The notes below the pieces were generated by a model. The model was not told where the DNA came from, ran no database searches, and saw only the letters and a program-made list of their open reading frames with translations. Shown piece by piece: positions 1 to 8,984 of a stretch of DNA of 64,000 bases (positions are counted from its first letter, which is position 1; each line of letters begins with the position of its first letter). The DNA comes from an uncultured Acidobacteriota bacterium. Its GTDB lineage: Bacteria; Acidobacteriota; Vicinamibacteria; Vicinamibacterales; UBA2999. The position numbers and the translations under genes were made by a program. The DNA lies in assembly GCA_902826065.1 (NCBI GenBank), contig CADEDM010000001.1:23340-87339 (forward strand), read 5' to 3'.

Positions 1-992
1 GCCGCGGATCGGGCCGGGAAGACCCTCGCCGGCGTGTCCCGCACGACCTCACGCAGGCCGACGCAATCGCTGGCGATGAGTGGCGTGCCGGTGATCAGCA
101 CTTCCATGGGCAACAGCGGGCAGGCCTCCCAGCGCGACGGGATCGTGACGACGTCGAGGCCGCGCAGCGTGGGACCGACGTCGGACACGAACGGCATGAA
201 GCGGATGACCGACGAGAGTCCGCGCCGCTCGACGTTGGCGCGTTCCTCGCGGATGAATCCATCCTCTGGACTGAAGCACAGCACGACGAACCGACGCGGC
301 AGGTCGGGGTCGGCGCGCAGCTTCTCCACGGCCCCGACGAGCTCTACGAATCCCTTCTGGTTCATGAAGCGGCCGAGGAACCCAATCACGAAGGTGTCCG
401 GCGGGAGATCGAACTCGCGCGCCAAGTCGCGTCGTACCGGGCTGACGAACTGCCGCGAGAGGATGCCGTTCAGTACTACCGCGATCGAGGACGCGCGGCG
501 CAGCCGGAGCAGAGGGAAGAACTCGCGCAGGTTCACGGCGGCGTCGTGACTGACGCAGTGAATCGTTGAAGGCACGAATAGGCCGAGCGCGATGATGGCG
601 CGCCTGACGAGGCCGCGCAGGCCGACGAACTGCCCGGCGACGAACACGTCGTGCAGCGTGACCAGGGCCGGTGTGCCCATGAGGCGCGCGATCCAGGCGC
701 TGATCATGCTCGAGCCGAGCCCGTGTGCATGCAGCAGGACCACGTTCTCGGAGCGCAGCAGGGCAGCGGTGGCGCGCATCAGCGCCAGCGACGATGCCCC
801 CGACTCGAGTCCCACGACCCGCACGTTGGGCTGCGCCAGATCCTCTTTCAGCGCCTGCAGTTCGACCGAGCCGGCCGTCAGTACGACGAACTTGACCGAC
901 GGGACGTCGATCGACCGGTGGAAGTAGCGAAGGAAGGTGCGGATGCCACCGACCGGATGGCGCACCACGACCAGGACCGTCCTGTCTGTCAT
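1..992 (-). CDS. Glycosyltransferase family 4 (GT-B, group 1); 3' end runs off the left edge
   Basis: Absent from the ORF track because there is no stop inside the window. My own minus-strand translation from the ATG at 992 gives MTDRTVLVVVRHPVGGIRTF...FLGRFMNQKGF...IPSRWEACPLLPMEVLITGTPLIASDCVGLREVV, a typical GT4 C-terminal nucleotide-sugar region. The + ORFs 34-549, 592-927 and 651-1208 are Arg/Ser-rich wrong-frame artefacts. Confidence 0.8.
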   Translation of the reverse strand, partial: MTDRTVLVVVRHPVGGIRTFLRYFHRSIDVPSVKFVVLTAGSVELQALKEDLAQPNVRVVGLESGASSLALMRATAALLRSENVVLLHAHGLGSSMISAWIARLMGTPALVTLHDVFVAGQFVGLRGLVRRAIIALGLFVPSTIHCVSHDAAVNLREFFPLLRLRRASSIAVVLNGILSRQFVSPVRRDLAREFDLPPDTFVIGFLGRFMNQKGFVELVGAVEKLRADPDLPRRFVVLCFSPEDGFIREERANVERRGLSSVIRFMPFVSDVGPTLRGLDVVTIPSRWEACPLLPMEVLITGTPLIASDCVGLREVVRDTPARVFPARSA

Positions 993-1077
993 CTGTCTCC
1001 TGCGGGGTGTTCCAGCGCCAGCCCGCCGCAGTCTTGCTCGTGTCGGGCGGCGCGCGCCCACCGAAGGGCCGTCGCCG

Positions 1078-2628
1078 TCACTCGCTTGACGCGCCGCGTG
1101 GCACGACCAGCCAGACCCGCGCGCCCGGCGCTTCGAACGCGGAGCGGGTGTCGCCGATCGCACGAGCGTAGGCCTCGAGCACGGGACCGTCCTCTCGGGA
1201 ATGGCTGAGCAGCACCCAGATTCGCCTATGCCCCGACAGGCGCAGCAGCTGCCGCCGGTAGGTCTCGAGGTCGTCGTTGTCCGGCGCTTCCCCGCGTACT
1301 ACGGCGCCGGCCGGGAACGCCTGCTCGCGCGTGTAGTAATCGAAAGCTGGCAGTGAATAGGGAAAAACGTAGATCACGTCGCCGCTCTCGAAATGCGCGC
1401 GCAGGAACCCGAGTACGGGGGCCACCTGCTCGCGGTGCAGCGGACTGCGCGCGAGCTGGTAGGCCTCGAGCATCGGCCCGCCCAAGAGCACCGCCGTGAT
1501 GACGGCCGCGGCGACGCGGTACTCCCGGGCCGTCGCCCGCAGCACGATCCACGCACCATACGCGACGCCCAGCGCCATCAGCGGCACCATGTACAGCAGG
1601 AACCGGCCCACGAACGGATAAGCCCCCAGTGCCGATGCCGCCAGTGCCAGCAGCCAGGGCACCGCGATGGTCCACGCCAGGGGCCACCGTTCCTTCGCCA
1701 GCACCACCAGTCCGATGAGGAAGAACGCGGCGGCGAGCCCGCCGGCGTGGATGTCGCTGCCGCCCATGCCGCCCGGCATCGCGAACGCGCCGAAGAAGTG
1801 GTCGAAGAGCCAGGTGATGTCGCCGGGCGAGCGCGGTGGGAACGGCATGAAGTCGGGACTCCAGCCGACCTGCATCACGTCGCTGTCGCGCACCTGCTTC
1901 GCGAACGTGAAGTAGTTGACGACGAAGCTGCCCAGCCACGCCGCCGACATGGCGGCCGCGACCAGGAACCGCGGCACGTTGCGGCGCACCAGTGCGTCGA
2001 GGGCCAGCGCGGACCCGAGCCCGCCGAGCACGAAGGCCACGGGGAAAGAGCACCAGACCGCGCCGGCGCCGAGGACCGTCAGCAGAGCCCAGCGCCACCA
2101 CTCGTTCCGGCCCTCCAGCAGGGCCATCGCCGCCGCCAGCAGGCCGATGGTGATCGCGGCGTCGACCCCGTACGGCTTGAACTCGGCCGAGTAGACCACC
2201 ACGATCGACGAACAGGCATACAGCGCCACCGCGACGATGGCCGCCCACGACGGCAGCAGCCGCCATGCCACCCGCGCGAACAAGGGAAGGCTGAGCACCG
2301 ACGCCAGGAAGGGCAGGAATCGCAGGCCGATCTCGGTCGTGCCGAGCACGGTCGTGGCGGCCTTGGTCGCCAGCAGGAACCCCACCGGCGCCGCCTGGTC
2401 CCAGTCGAGCGGCTGCAGCAGCTCGGCGAAGCCGCGGCGGACGATGTTCAGCGCCAGCATTGCCTCGTCCACCCACAGGTTCCGGCCGCCCAGGTAGACC
2501 ACGACTCGGAAGGCGACGCCCAGGGCCACGAACCCCACGAGGCCCGCCACCCAGGCGGAGGTCCTAGGCGCCGCGCGCGAAGATTCTGATGGCAGCGGCT
2601 CGGTGTCGCTGGGCATGATGGAAGGCAT
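1078..2628 (-). CDS. Polytopic GT-C type glycosyltransferase (ArnT/PMT-like, GT39/GT83-like)
   Basis: 516 aa with about 10 or more hydrophobic helices. The first-loop motif GRNLWVDEAML is the DE motif of GT-C enzymes. It has a soluble C-terminal domain. The alternative frames 1226-2476(-) and 1393-2589(+) are Arg/Gly-rich artefacts. Confidence 0.7.
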   Translation of the reverse strand: MPSIMPSDTEPLPSESSRAAPRTSAWVAGLVGFVALGVAFRVVVYLGGRNLWVDEAMLALNIVRRGFAELLQPLDWDQAAPVGFLLATKAATTVLGTTEIGLRFLPFLASVLSLPLFARVAWRLLPSWAAIVAVALYACSSIVVVYSAEFKPYGVDAAITIGLLAAAMALLEGRNEWWRWALLTVLGAGAVWCSFPVAFVLGGLGSALALDALVRRNVPRFLVAAAMSAAWLGSFVVNYFTFAKQVRDSDVMQVGWSPDFMPFPPRSPGDITWLFDHFFGAFAMPGGMGGSDIHAGGLAAAFFLIGLVVLAKERWPLAWTIAVPWLLALAASALGAYPFVGRFLLYMVPLMALGVAYGAWIVLRATAREYRVAAAVITAVLLGGPMLEAYQLARSPLHREQVAPVLGFLRAHFESGDVIYVFPYSLPAFDYYTREQAFPAGAVVRGEAPDNDDLETYRRQLLRLSGHRRIWVLLSHSREDGPVLEAYARAIGDTRSAFEAPGARVWLVVPRGASSE

Positions 2629-2809
2629 ACGTTAGCGTGGAATCGGCACCGAACGCGACCGGCGGTTCCGACTTGTCGATAGCAAGCGGCATGCCGCGGA
2701 TACCTGCCAGCGCGCTAACTCCCAACCACCGGGCGACCGATATTGACTCCGGGGGCGTGGCCTGCCGTTACGGCCGGCCCGCCCAATCTGCACAAGAAAG
2801 CACGTTGTC

Positions 2810-4345
2810 GTGACCGAGCCCTCCGAGAGCAGCTTCACCAGTCGCATCCTCCGAAGCTCAGCGGCGAGACTCGCCGCCTCCGTCGCGACGCTCGGCGTCT
2901 CGTTCCTGATGATGCCGTTCGTCCTGCGAACGCTCGGAGACCACGACTACGGGCTCTGGGTGATCGTGGCTAGTTTCGAGGGCTACTACTATTTCCTCGA
3001 CCTGGGATTGAACATGGCGGCCAGCCGCTACGTCTCGGCGCGCCTGGGCACCCGTGACGAGCAGGGCGTGAACGAGGCCGTCAGCACCGCGTTCTACATT
3101 TTCCTCGGCCTCGGCGCCGCGGTCGCCGTCTGCACCGTCGCCGCGTCGATCCTCGCCTCCAGGTTCGTGTCGCCCGAAGACGCGGGCGTCGTGCGCGTGC
3201 TCCTCATGGTGGCCGGATTCACGGTCGCGCTGGGATTTCCGGTGCATGCCTACGCTGGCATCGTCTACGGGCACATGCGCCACGACCTGATCGAGATCAG
3301 CACCATCGTCAGGCAGCTGGTCTCCGGACTGCTCATCTACATCGCCTTGTCCCGGGGCTACGGCCTGATCGGCTACGCGGTGATCGTGTCCGCCTCCAAC
3401 CTGATCGGCACGGCATATTTCTACACCACCGCGATGCGACTCTGGCCCACCCTCAGAGTACGCCGCGCCAGCTTCAACCGAAAGCTCGCCGCGGAGCTGC
3501 TGGCGTACAGCACCTGGACCACGCTGTCGCATTTTGCCGACATGATCCGTCTGCGCGTCGACGCGCTGGTCATCGGCGCGACCCTCGGCGCGTCGTCCGT
3601 CGCCCGCTACAACGTCGGCTACCGTCTGGCGGAGATCAGTTGCGGCCTGGTGTATCGCGCGACGAACTTCATGATGCCCCTGTTCACGCGCTACTTCGCC
3701 AGCGGCGCTACCGACCTCGTGGTGCGGCGACTGCTGTTGTTGACGCGCGCCAACAGCTATCTGGCGTTGACGAGCTGCTTCGTCGTGATCCTGATCGGCA
3801 GGCGCTTCATCGAGATCTGGGTCGGCCCGGAGTACCTGGATGCCTATGCCGTCATGGTGGTGCTGCTGGCGGGCCAGCTCGTGGAAGCCGTGGCGACGCC
3901 ACTCGGCAACGTCGTCTTCGCGACCGCGAACCTGCGCTACTACGCGATCCTCAACCTGATCGAGGCGGCCGCGAACGCCGCCCTGAGCCTGATCCTCGTG
4001 CAGCGCATGGGCATCCTCGGTGTCGCCGTCGGCACGAGCGTGCCGATGATCATCAGCCGCATGATCATCCTGCCGTACTACGTGACCCGCATGCTGAACG
4101 TCCCGCTCACCACCTACTACGCCGCCACCGCGCCCTCCGCGGTCGTAACCGGCGTGGCGCTGGCCATGGCGACTGCGGCCGGCACGATCGTCCTCGGTAC
4201 CGCCGGCTACCTGGAGCTGGCAGCCATCGCCGTGGCTGCCGGCCTGATGAACACGATTGCGCACTATCTGCTGACGATGTCGCGCGACGAGCGCGCCTGG
4301 GTCAATGCGCTGGCGCGCCAGCGCCTCGGCGCGATGGCGAACTGA
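2810..4345 (+). CDS. Wzx-like oligosaccharide flippase (MOP/polysaccharide biosynthesis protein family)
   Basis: 511 aa with a GTG start and about 12-14 TM helices. The N-terminus (SAARLAASVATLGVSFLMMPFVLRTLGDHDYGLWV) is typical of the Polysacc_synt/Wzx family. It sits next to GT2 genes. Confidence 0.8.
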   Translation: MTEPSESSFTSRILRSSAARLAASVATLGVSFLMMPFVLRTLGDHDYGLWVIVASFEGYYYFLDLGLNMAASRYVSARLGTRDEQGVNEAVSTAFYIFLGLGAAVAVCTVAASILASRFVSPEDAGVVRVLLMVAGFTVALGFPVHAYAGIVYGHMRHDLIEISTIVRQLVSGLLIYIALSRGYGLIGYAVIVSASNLIGTAYFYTTAMRLWPTLRVRRASFNRKLAAELLAYSTWTTLSHFADMIRLRVDALVIGATLGASSVARYNVGYRLAEISCGLVYRATNFMMPLFTRYFASGATDLVVRRLLLLTRANSYLALTSCFVVILIGRRFIEIWVGPEYLDAYAVMVVLLAGQLVEAVATPLGNVVFATANLRYYAILNLIEAAANAALSLILVQRMGILGVAVGTSVPMIISRMIILPYYVTRMLNVPLTTYYAATAPSAVVTGVALAMATAAGTIVLGTAGYLELAAIAVAAGLMNTIAHYLLTMSRDERAWVNALARQRLGAMAN

Positions 4346-4349
4346 GCCC

Positions 4350-5354
4350 ATGCAGGCACCCACGACGGAGGTCACGCCAGCGCCAATCACGCCGGCTCAC
4401 CTGGCCGGCATGGTGTCGGTCGTCATCCCGGCGTTCAACGCCGCGGCGTGGATCCGCGAGACCCTCGACAGCATCCTGGCGCAGACTTATGGCCCGATCG
4501 AGATCGTCGTCGTTGACGACGGCTCGACCGACGAAACCGCGACCGTCATCGGCGAGTATGCGCCGCGCGTGCGCCTGGTCGGCCAACCCAACAGCGGCGG
4601 TTGCTCTTCGCCACGCAATCATGGCCTGCGCGCCGCCACCGGGGCGTTCGTCACGTTCTTCGATGCCGACGACGTGATGGTCCCCGACAAGATCGAACGC
4701 CAGGTGGCGTTCCTGCAGGCGCATCCGGACGTCGCCCTCGTGACGTCCGACTATCAGCCGTTCGACGAGCACGGGCCGCACGCGCGGACGCATTTCGCGG
4801 GCTGCCCGCGCCTGCAGGCCGCCTTGGGGTCGCCACGATTCGACGGCACGCTCGCGCCCGAACAGGCGACCGGCATCCTCGCCCACGAGAACTACTCGAT
4901 CGCCGGCTCGCCGCTGTACCGCCGCGCGCTCTTCGACGCGATCGAGGCCTTCGATGAAGGCCTGCTGGCGAGCGAGGACTTCGACCTGGCGTATCGCGCC
5001 GCCCGCCAAGGCCCGACCGGCGTGCTGACCCACGTCGGATTCCTGCGCCGCCTCCACGCCGACAACATGTCGCGGCAAACCACGAAGATCCTGCGCTACA
5101 AGCTCAAGAGTCGTGCGAAGCTGCTGGCCGGCGAAACGCGCCAGCCGCAACGCAAGCTGTTGACGCAAGCCGTGGCGACGTATCATCTCGACCTGGCGGA
5201 GCAGCTCGGCCGCGATCGCGGCCCCTGGCGCGACGTGGTGTCGCATGTGACCGCCGCTGTGCGTCTGGGCGGAATGGGTCCCGTCCGGGCCTTGAAGGCA
5301 CTGGTCCGCCCGGTCGCGAACGCTCTCGGCGTCGCACGGAGTCCGAGGTCATGA
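4350..5354 (+). CDS. Glycosyltransferase family 2
   Basis: VSVVIPAFNAAAWIRETLDSILAQTYGPIEIVVVDDGSTDET...FFDADD (GT-A DxD). I prefer the ATG at 4350, just after the Wzx stop at 4345, over the track start at 4305, which would overlap wzx. Confidence 0.85.
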   Translation: MQAPTTEVTPAPITPAHLAGMVSVVIPAFNAAAWIRETLDSILAQTYGPIEIVVVDDGSTDETATVIGEYAPRVRLVGQPNSGGCSSPRNHGLRAATGAFVTFFDADDVMVPDKIERQVAFLQAHPDVALVTSDYQPFDEHGPHARTHFAGCPRLQAALGSPRFDGTLAPEQATGILAHENYSIAGSPLYRRALFDAIEAFDEGLLASEDFDLAYRAARQGPTGVLTHVGFLRRLHADNMSRQTTKILRYKLKSRAKLLAGETRQPQRKLLTQAVATYHLDLAEQLGRDRGPWRDVVSHVTAAVRLGGMGPVRALKALVRPVANALGVARSPRS

Positions 5355-6295
5355 GCGGCGCGCCACTGGTATCGGTCGTCATCCCGACGCACAACTCGGC
5401 GAAGTACGTCCTGAAGACGGCGGAGAACATCCTCACGCAGCCGCTCGACGATCTCGAGCTGATCGTCGTCGATGACGGCTCCTCCGACAACACGCCCGAC
5501 GTCGTCGAGGAGCTGGTGAAGCGCGACCCGCGCGTGCACCTGGTGCGGCAGAAGCAGCAGGGCCTGGGCGGCGCGCGCAACTCCGGCATCGCGGTGGCGA
5601 AGGGGCGCTACTTCACGACGGTGGACGCCGACGACCTGTGGGCAGCCTCGAAGCTCGAACGTCAGGTCGCGGCGCTCGAGAGCAGCCCACCGCGGACGAT
5701 CTCGCTCACCGGGGTGAAGCGGTTCTCGGACGGACTCAACGGTGCGGAGCTCTGGTCATTCGGGACGCGCCCGCCGATGCTCGTGCCCGGTCCGGCCAAG
5801 ATGGCGCGCATCATCTCGCTGAGCCGCACCGAGATGGTCGTGTTCAACACCGCGGTGTTCCGCATCGAGGACATCGTCGAGCTGGGCGGCTGGAGCCGCG
5901 AGATGTGGACTGCGCACGACTGGGAGCTGTGGCTGCGCGCGGGGCGGAGCTTCGAGTTCACGACCATCGATGAGCCGCTGATGTTCTACCGCAAGCACCA
6001 CTCGAGCATGACGCGGCTCAGCGACCTCGACGAAGTGCTGGGTGCGCACGAAGCCCTGATCGAGCGGGAGATGTCGTTGGGTACGGTGTCGATGGAGGCG
6101 GCGCGCGCGGCGCTCGTGGAGCGCCGGCTCGATCGCGTGATGGACCTGCGCTACAGCGGGCAGCTCCTCGACGCGATGCAGCGGCTCCTGCGCCTGCTTT
6201 GGCATCGCGACACCTGGTCGAACCGGCGGTTCGGCTCAGAGGCCGTCGACATCATGCGTGCATGGACCGCCAAGGTCACGGGTCAGGCCGACTGA
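5351..6295 (+). CDS. Glycosyltransferase family 2
   Basis: VSVVIPTHNSAKYV...LIVVDDGSSDNT...GLGGARNSGIAVAKGRYFTTVDADDLW. ATGA start/stop overlap with the upstream GT2 at 5351-5354. Confidence 0.85.
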   Translation: MSGAPLVSVVIPTHNSAKYVLKTAENILTQPLDDLELIVVDDGSSDNTPDVVEELVKRDPRVHLVRQKQQGLGGARNSGIAVAKGRYFTTVDADDLWAASKLERQVAALESSPPRTISLTGVKRFSDGLNGAELWSFGTRPPMLVPGPAKMARIISLSRTEMVVFNTAVFRIEDIVELGGWSREMWTAHDWELWLRAGRSFEFTTIDEPLMFYRKHHSSMTRLSDLDEVLGAHEALIEREMSLGTVSMEAARAALVERRLDRVMDLRYSGQLLDAMQRLLRLLWHRDTWSNRRFGSEAVDIMRAWTAKVTGQAD

Positions 6296-7264
6296 ACCCA
6301 GGTAGAGCCGCTGCGGTCGCGGCGCCTGCCTGATGAACACCGCCAGCCTGCGCATCCGATCCCGTCGCAGGGGCGGCCCGCCAGGCGTCGTGAACGACGC
6401 AAGGGGAACGGCGACCGTGTGCATGCCCGGCGCCAGCTGCCACACCTGCTCCGGCCCCTGCCGGCCGAGGCGCGCCAGTCGCTCGTCCTGCAGCCGCAAC
6501 ACCAGCGGCACGCTGACCGCGTCGGCCGGCACGCCGACACATAGCGTGAGGTAGTCATACCCGGACCAGTCCGACACGACCTCCTGCACCTCGTAGCCGG
6601 CGAAGACGTCTGGATAGAACGTGACCGGGGTTGTGTCCACGCACCACCCTTCCGCCTGGGCGCGGGCCGCGCACGACGCCGGTTCGATCGCGCTTGTCAG
6701 CACGAACTGGCGGGCCCAGCCCAGGCGATCGAAGGTGAGCACCGTGGGGAACAGCCGGTCGCGTTCGCGGTACAGCCCGGCCGTGTTCGAGAGCGGCACG
6801 GCGCCGAGCGCCACGACGCCGACGGCCACCAGCGCCCAGGTGGCCGCGAGTCGTCGCCGGGTCACTCGAGCGGTAGCCACGAGCGCGCCGAGATACAGCC
6901 CGGCGCCGGCGAGGTCGCGCAGGACGTCGCCCACCGACGCGTGGCGCGCCGGGTCGGGAATCTGCCCCAGCTCCGACAGCACCGCGCATCCGGCGATGAC
7001 GGCGATCGTGACGCCGAGCGCCGCAGGCCCCGAGAGCCGAGGCGCCCAGCGCGCCACCATGTCGAGCACGAGCGCCGTCGCAACAGCGAAGAGGGCGACG
7101 TGCCCGACGTCGAAAACGGCGTCCCACCACACCGTGTGGTCGGGCGGGCGTCCGAACACGAGCCACGCGGCCAAGGCCACGACGCCGAGGAGCTGCGCAC
7201 ATGGGAACGTCGGCGCTGCGCCTGCCTCGGCCGCCTGTGTCGGTCCCTGCGCTCGATCGGTCAC
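6236..7264 (-). CDS. VanZ-like membrane protein with a C-terminal extracytoplasmic domain
   Basis: VanZ-type signature DVGHVALFAV...LSELGQIPDPARHASVGDVLRDLAGAGLYLGAL, then a ~170-aa soluble domain. The start is moved to the GTG at 7264, which forms a GTGA overlap with the upstream stop at 7261-7263. The track's N-terminal extension to 7453 is Arg/Pro-rich and overlaps the upstream gene. Confidence 0.55.
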   Translation of the reverse strand: MTDRAQGPTQAAEAGAAPTFPCAQLLGVVALAAWLVFGRPPDHTVWWDAVFDVGHVALFAVATALVLDMVARWAPRLSGPAALGVTIAVIAGCAVLSELGQIPDPARHASVGDVLRDLAGAGLYLGALVATARVTRRRLAATWALVAVGVVALGAVPLSNTAGLYRERDRLFPTVLTFDRLGWARQFVLTSAIEPASCAARAQAEGWCVDTTPVTFYPDVFAGYEVQEVVSDWSGYDYLTLCVGVPADAVSVPLVLRLQDERLARLGRQGPEQVWQLAPGMHTVAVPLASFTTPGGPPLRRDRMRRLAVFIRQAPRPQRLYLGSVGLTRDLGGPCTHDVDGL

Positions 7265-8124
7265 GCCGACGCGCTCGCGAGCGGCGCCGTCGTGCCGTTC
7301 CGCCGCGCGGTGCGCACCGCCCAGTCGACGGTCCGCTCGACGAACTCGCGCTGGGCGGCCTTGGTCACGAGCGTGTGGTCGAGTGCCGGCAGGTAGGCGT
7401 AGTCGACGTCGTCCAGGAACCGCGCACCGCGGAACGCGTGGTGCAGCTGCCACGAATAGCTGTGCCGCTCGAGCACGCTGCCCGAGTACATGATGTTCAC
7501 CGCGACACCGCGATCGACGAGCTGATCCAGCGCTGCGCGAAACTCGTCGCGCGAGGGCGCCGGGTGGACGAGCACCGTCGAGAGGCTCGCGGCGTCGCCT
7601 GCGTCGCCGTCCATGATCGCCTGTGTCACGCGGCGCGGCAGCGTCGCCACGCGCAGGCGTAGCAGCCGGCGGAAGCGGCAGATCGGCCGCGTGAGCGGGG
7701 TCGGGAACGCGAATCCGTCGAACATCAGGATGCCACGAACGCGCGCGTCCTCGAGCGCGAGTGCGTAGGCGTGTTCGGCGGCCGAGCAGATGCCGACCAC
7801 CACGAAGCGGTCCACGCCGCTGACCTCGTGCAAGCGCGACATGCCGGCCTGCAGGTCGGCGAGCGCCTGCGCGCGTGGCTCAAGCGTCGACTGCGCCGGC
7901 GCGCTGTCGCCGATGCCCGACAGATCCATGCGCAGCGTCGCAATGCCCTGCCGCGACAGCGCGCGGGCCGTCTGCACGTTGATGCGGTGCGGTCCGATCC
8001 GATGCACGACGCCGGCGTTGAAGAGCACGCAGCCCACCGGCTGCTGCGCGCCATGCGCCGGCGTCAGCACGCCGGCGAGGCGTCGCGACGGGCCGAAGCG
8101 CACGCCGAGTTCCCCGGGCTTCAT
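7261..8124 (-). CDS. Alpha/beta hydrolase, 'exosortase-system hydrolase 1'-like (copy A)
   Basis: MKPGELGVRFGPSRRLAGVLTP...CVLFNAGVVHRIGPHRINVQTARALSRQGIATLRMDLSGIGDS...FVVVGICSAAEHAY. Clear paralogue of 21841-22689. ATGA overlap at 8121-8124. The family name is recalled from TIGR03100 and not verified. Confidence 0.75.
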   Translation of the reverse strand: MKPGELGVRFGPSRRLAGVLTPAHGAQQPVGCVLFNAGVVHRIGPHRINVQTARALSRQGIATLRMDLSGIGDSAPAQSTLEPRAQALADLQAGMSRLHEVSGVDRFVVVGICSAAEHAYALALEDARVRGILMFDGFAFPTPLTRPICRFRRLLRLRVATLPRRVTQAIMDGDAGDAASLSTVLVHPAPSRDEFRAALDQLVDRGVAVNIMYSGSVLERHSYSWQLHHAFRGARFLDDVDYAYLPALDHTLVTKAAQREFVERTVDWAVRTARRNGTTAPLASASA

Positions 8125-8984
8125 GTCGCGCACAGCGAGAGGAGGGTCTTCAGTGCCGCGGTTGGCACCAGCGCGGCGCCGCGCAGCTCCTCGGCCGTCC
8201 ATTCGAAGTCGTTGGCCAGGGGCGTCACCTGGCGGACGCGCCCACCGAGGCGCGCGGCCCAGGCGCGCACCGGGGCATTCTCCGGATCGGCGACGACGTC
8301 GATGTCGCACGGCAGGTCCCGGCCCACGCCGTCCGGTTCGATGGCGTGGATCGCCTCGCGCAACGGCACCGGCACCGCGAACCCGACCGCTTCGGCGGTG
8401 AACGCGTCGGGACGCCTCGTCAGCGCCCGCCGCCACGACGGGTCCCACAAGCTGTACGAGGCCTCGAGCGTCTCGACGTGACGCTCACGCAGAGAGGCGA
8501 GATAGGCGCGTCCGTCGATGACTGGCTCCCACACCACCAGGCGCGCCGGGGGCGCGGCCACCCGCGCCGCGGCGCTCATCGCGATCGTCGCGCCGAGGCC
8601 GGCGCCGGCCCACAAGACCGGAACCACCGGACCGCGTTCCTGCAGTACGGCCTGCGCGGCATCCACGTCGGCCATCCAGCCCCCGTAGTCGCCGTCGGCG
8701 TCGCTGCCCTCCGAGTCGCCGGTGCCGAAATAGTCAAAGCGAAGCACCAACGCGCCTTGACGCGACAGGCGTTCCGCGAGGACGCGGAAGAAGCGATGCA
8801 GGCGCACCGCCTCCTGGCCGAACGGCGGACACAGCAACACGCGCTCGCGGGCGTCGCCACCTGAGGCCGGCTCGTGCAGCATGCCGAATAACCGCCGGTC
8901 GACCGGCCCGAAGTGCAGCGGCACGCCGACCGACCGCATCAACGCGCGGGCGTCGGGGGAGTCGATCACGGCGGTTGCCGTCAC
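8121..8984 (-). CDS. Alpha/beta hydrolase fold protein, 'exosortase-system hydrolase 2'-like (copy A)
   Basis: ...LHFGPVDRRLFGMLHEP...VLLCPPFGQEAVRLHRFFRVLAERLSRQGALVLRFDYFGTGDSEG...VVWEPVIDGRAYL. Paralogue of 21048-21833. GTG start in a GTGA overlap at 8981-8984. The family name is recalled from TIGR03101. Confidence 0.75.
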   Translation of the reverse strand: MTATAVIDSPDARALMRSVGVPLHFGPVDRRLFGMLHEPASGGDARERVLLCPPFGQEAVRLHRFFRVLAERLSRQGALVLRFDYFGTGDSEGSDADGDYGGWMADVDAAQAVLQERGPVVPVLWAGAGLGATIAMSAAARVAAPPARLVVWEPVIDGRAYLASLRERHVETLEASYSLWDPSWRRALTRRPDAFTAEAVGFAVPVPLREAIHAIEPDGVGRDLPCDIDVVADPENAPVRAWAARLGGRVRQVTPLANDFEWTAEELRGAALVPTAALKTLLSLCAT

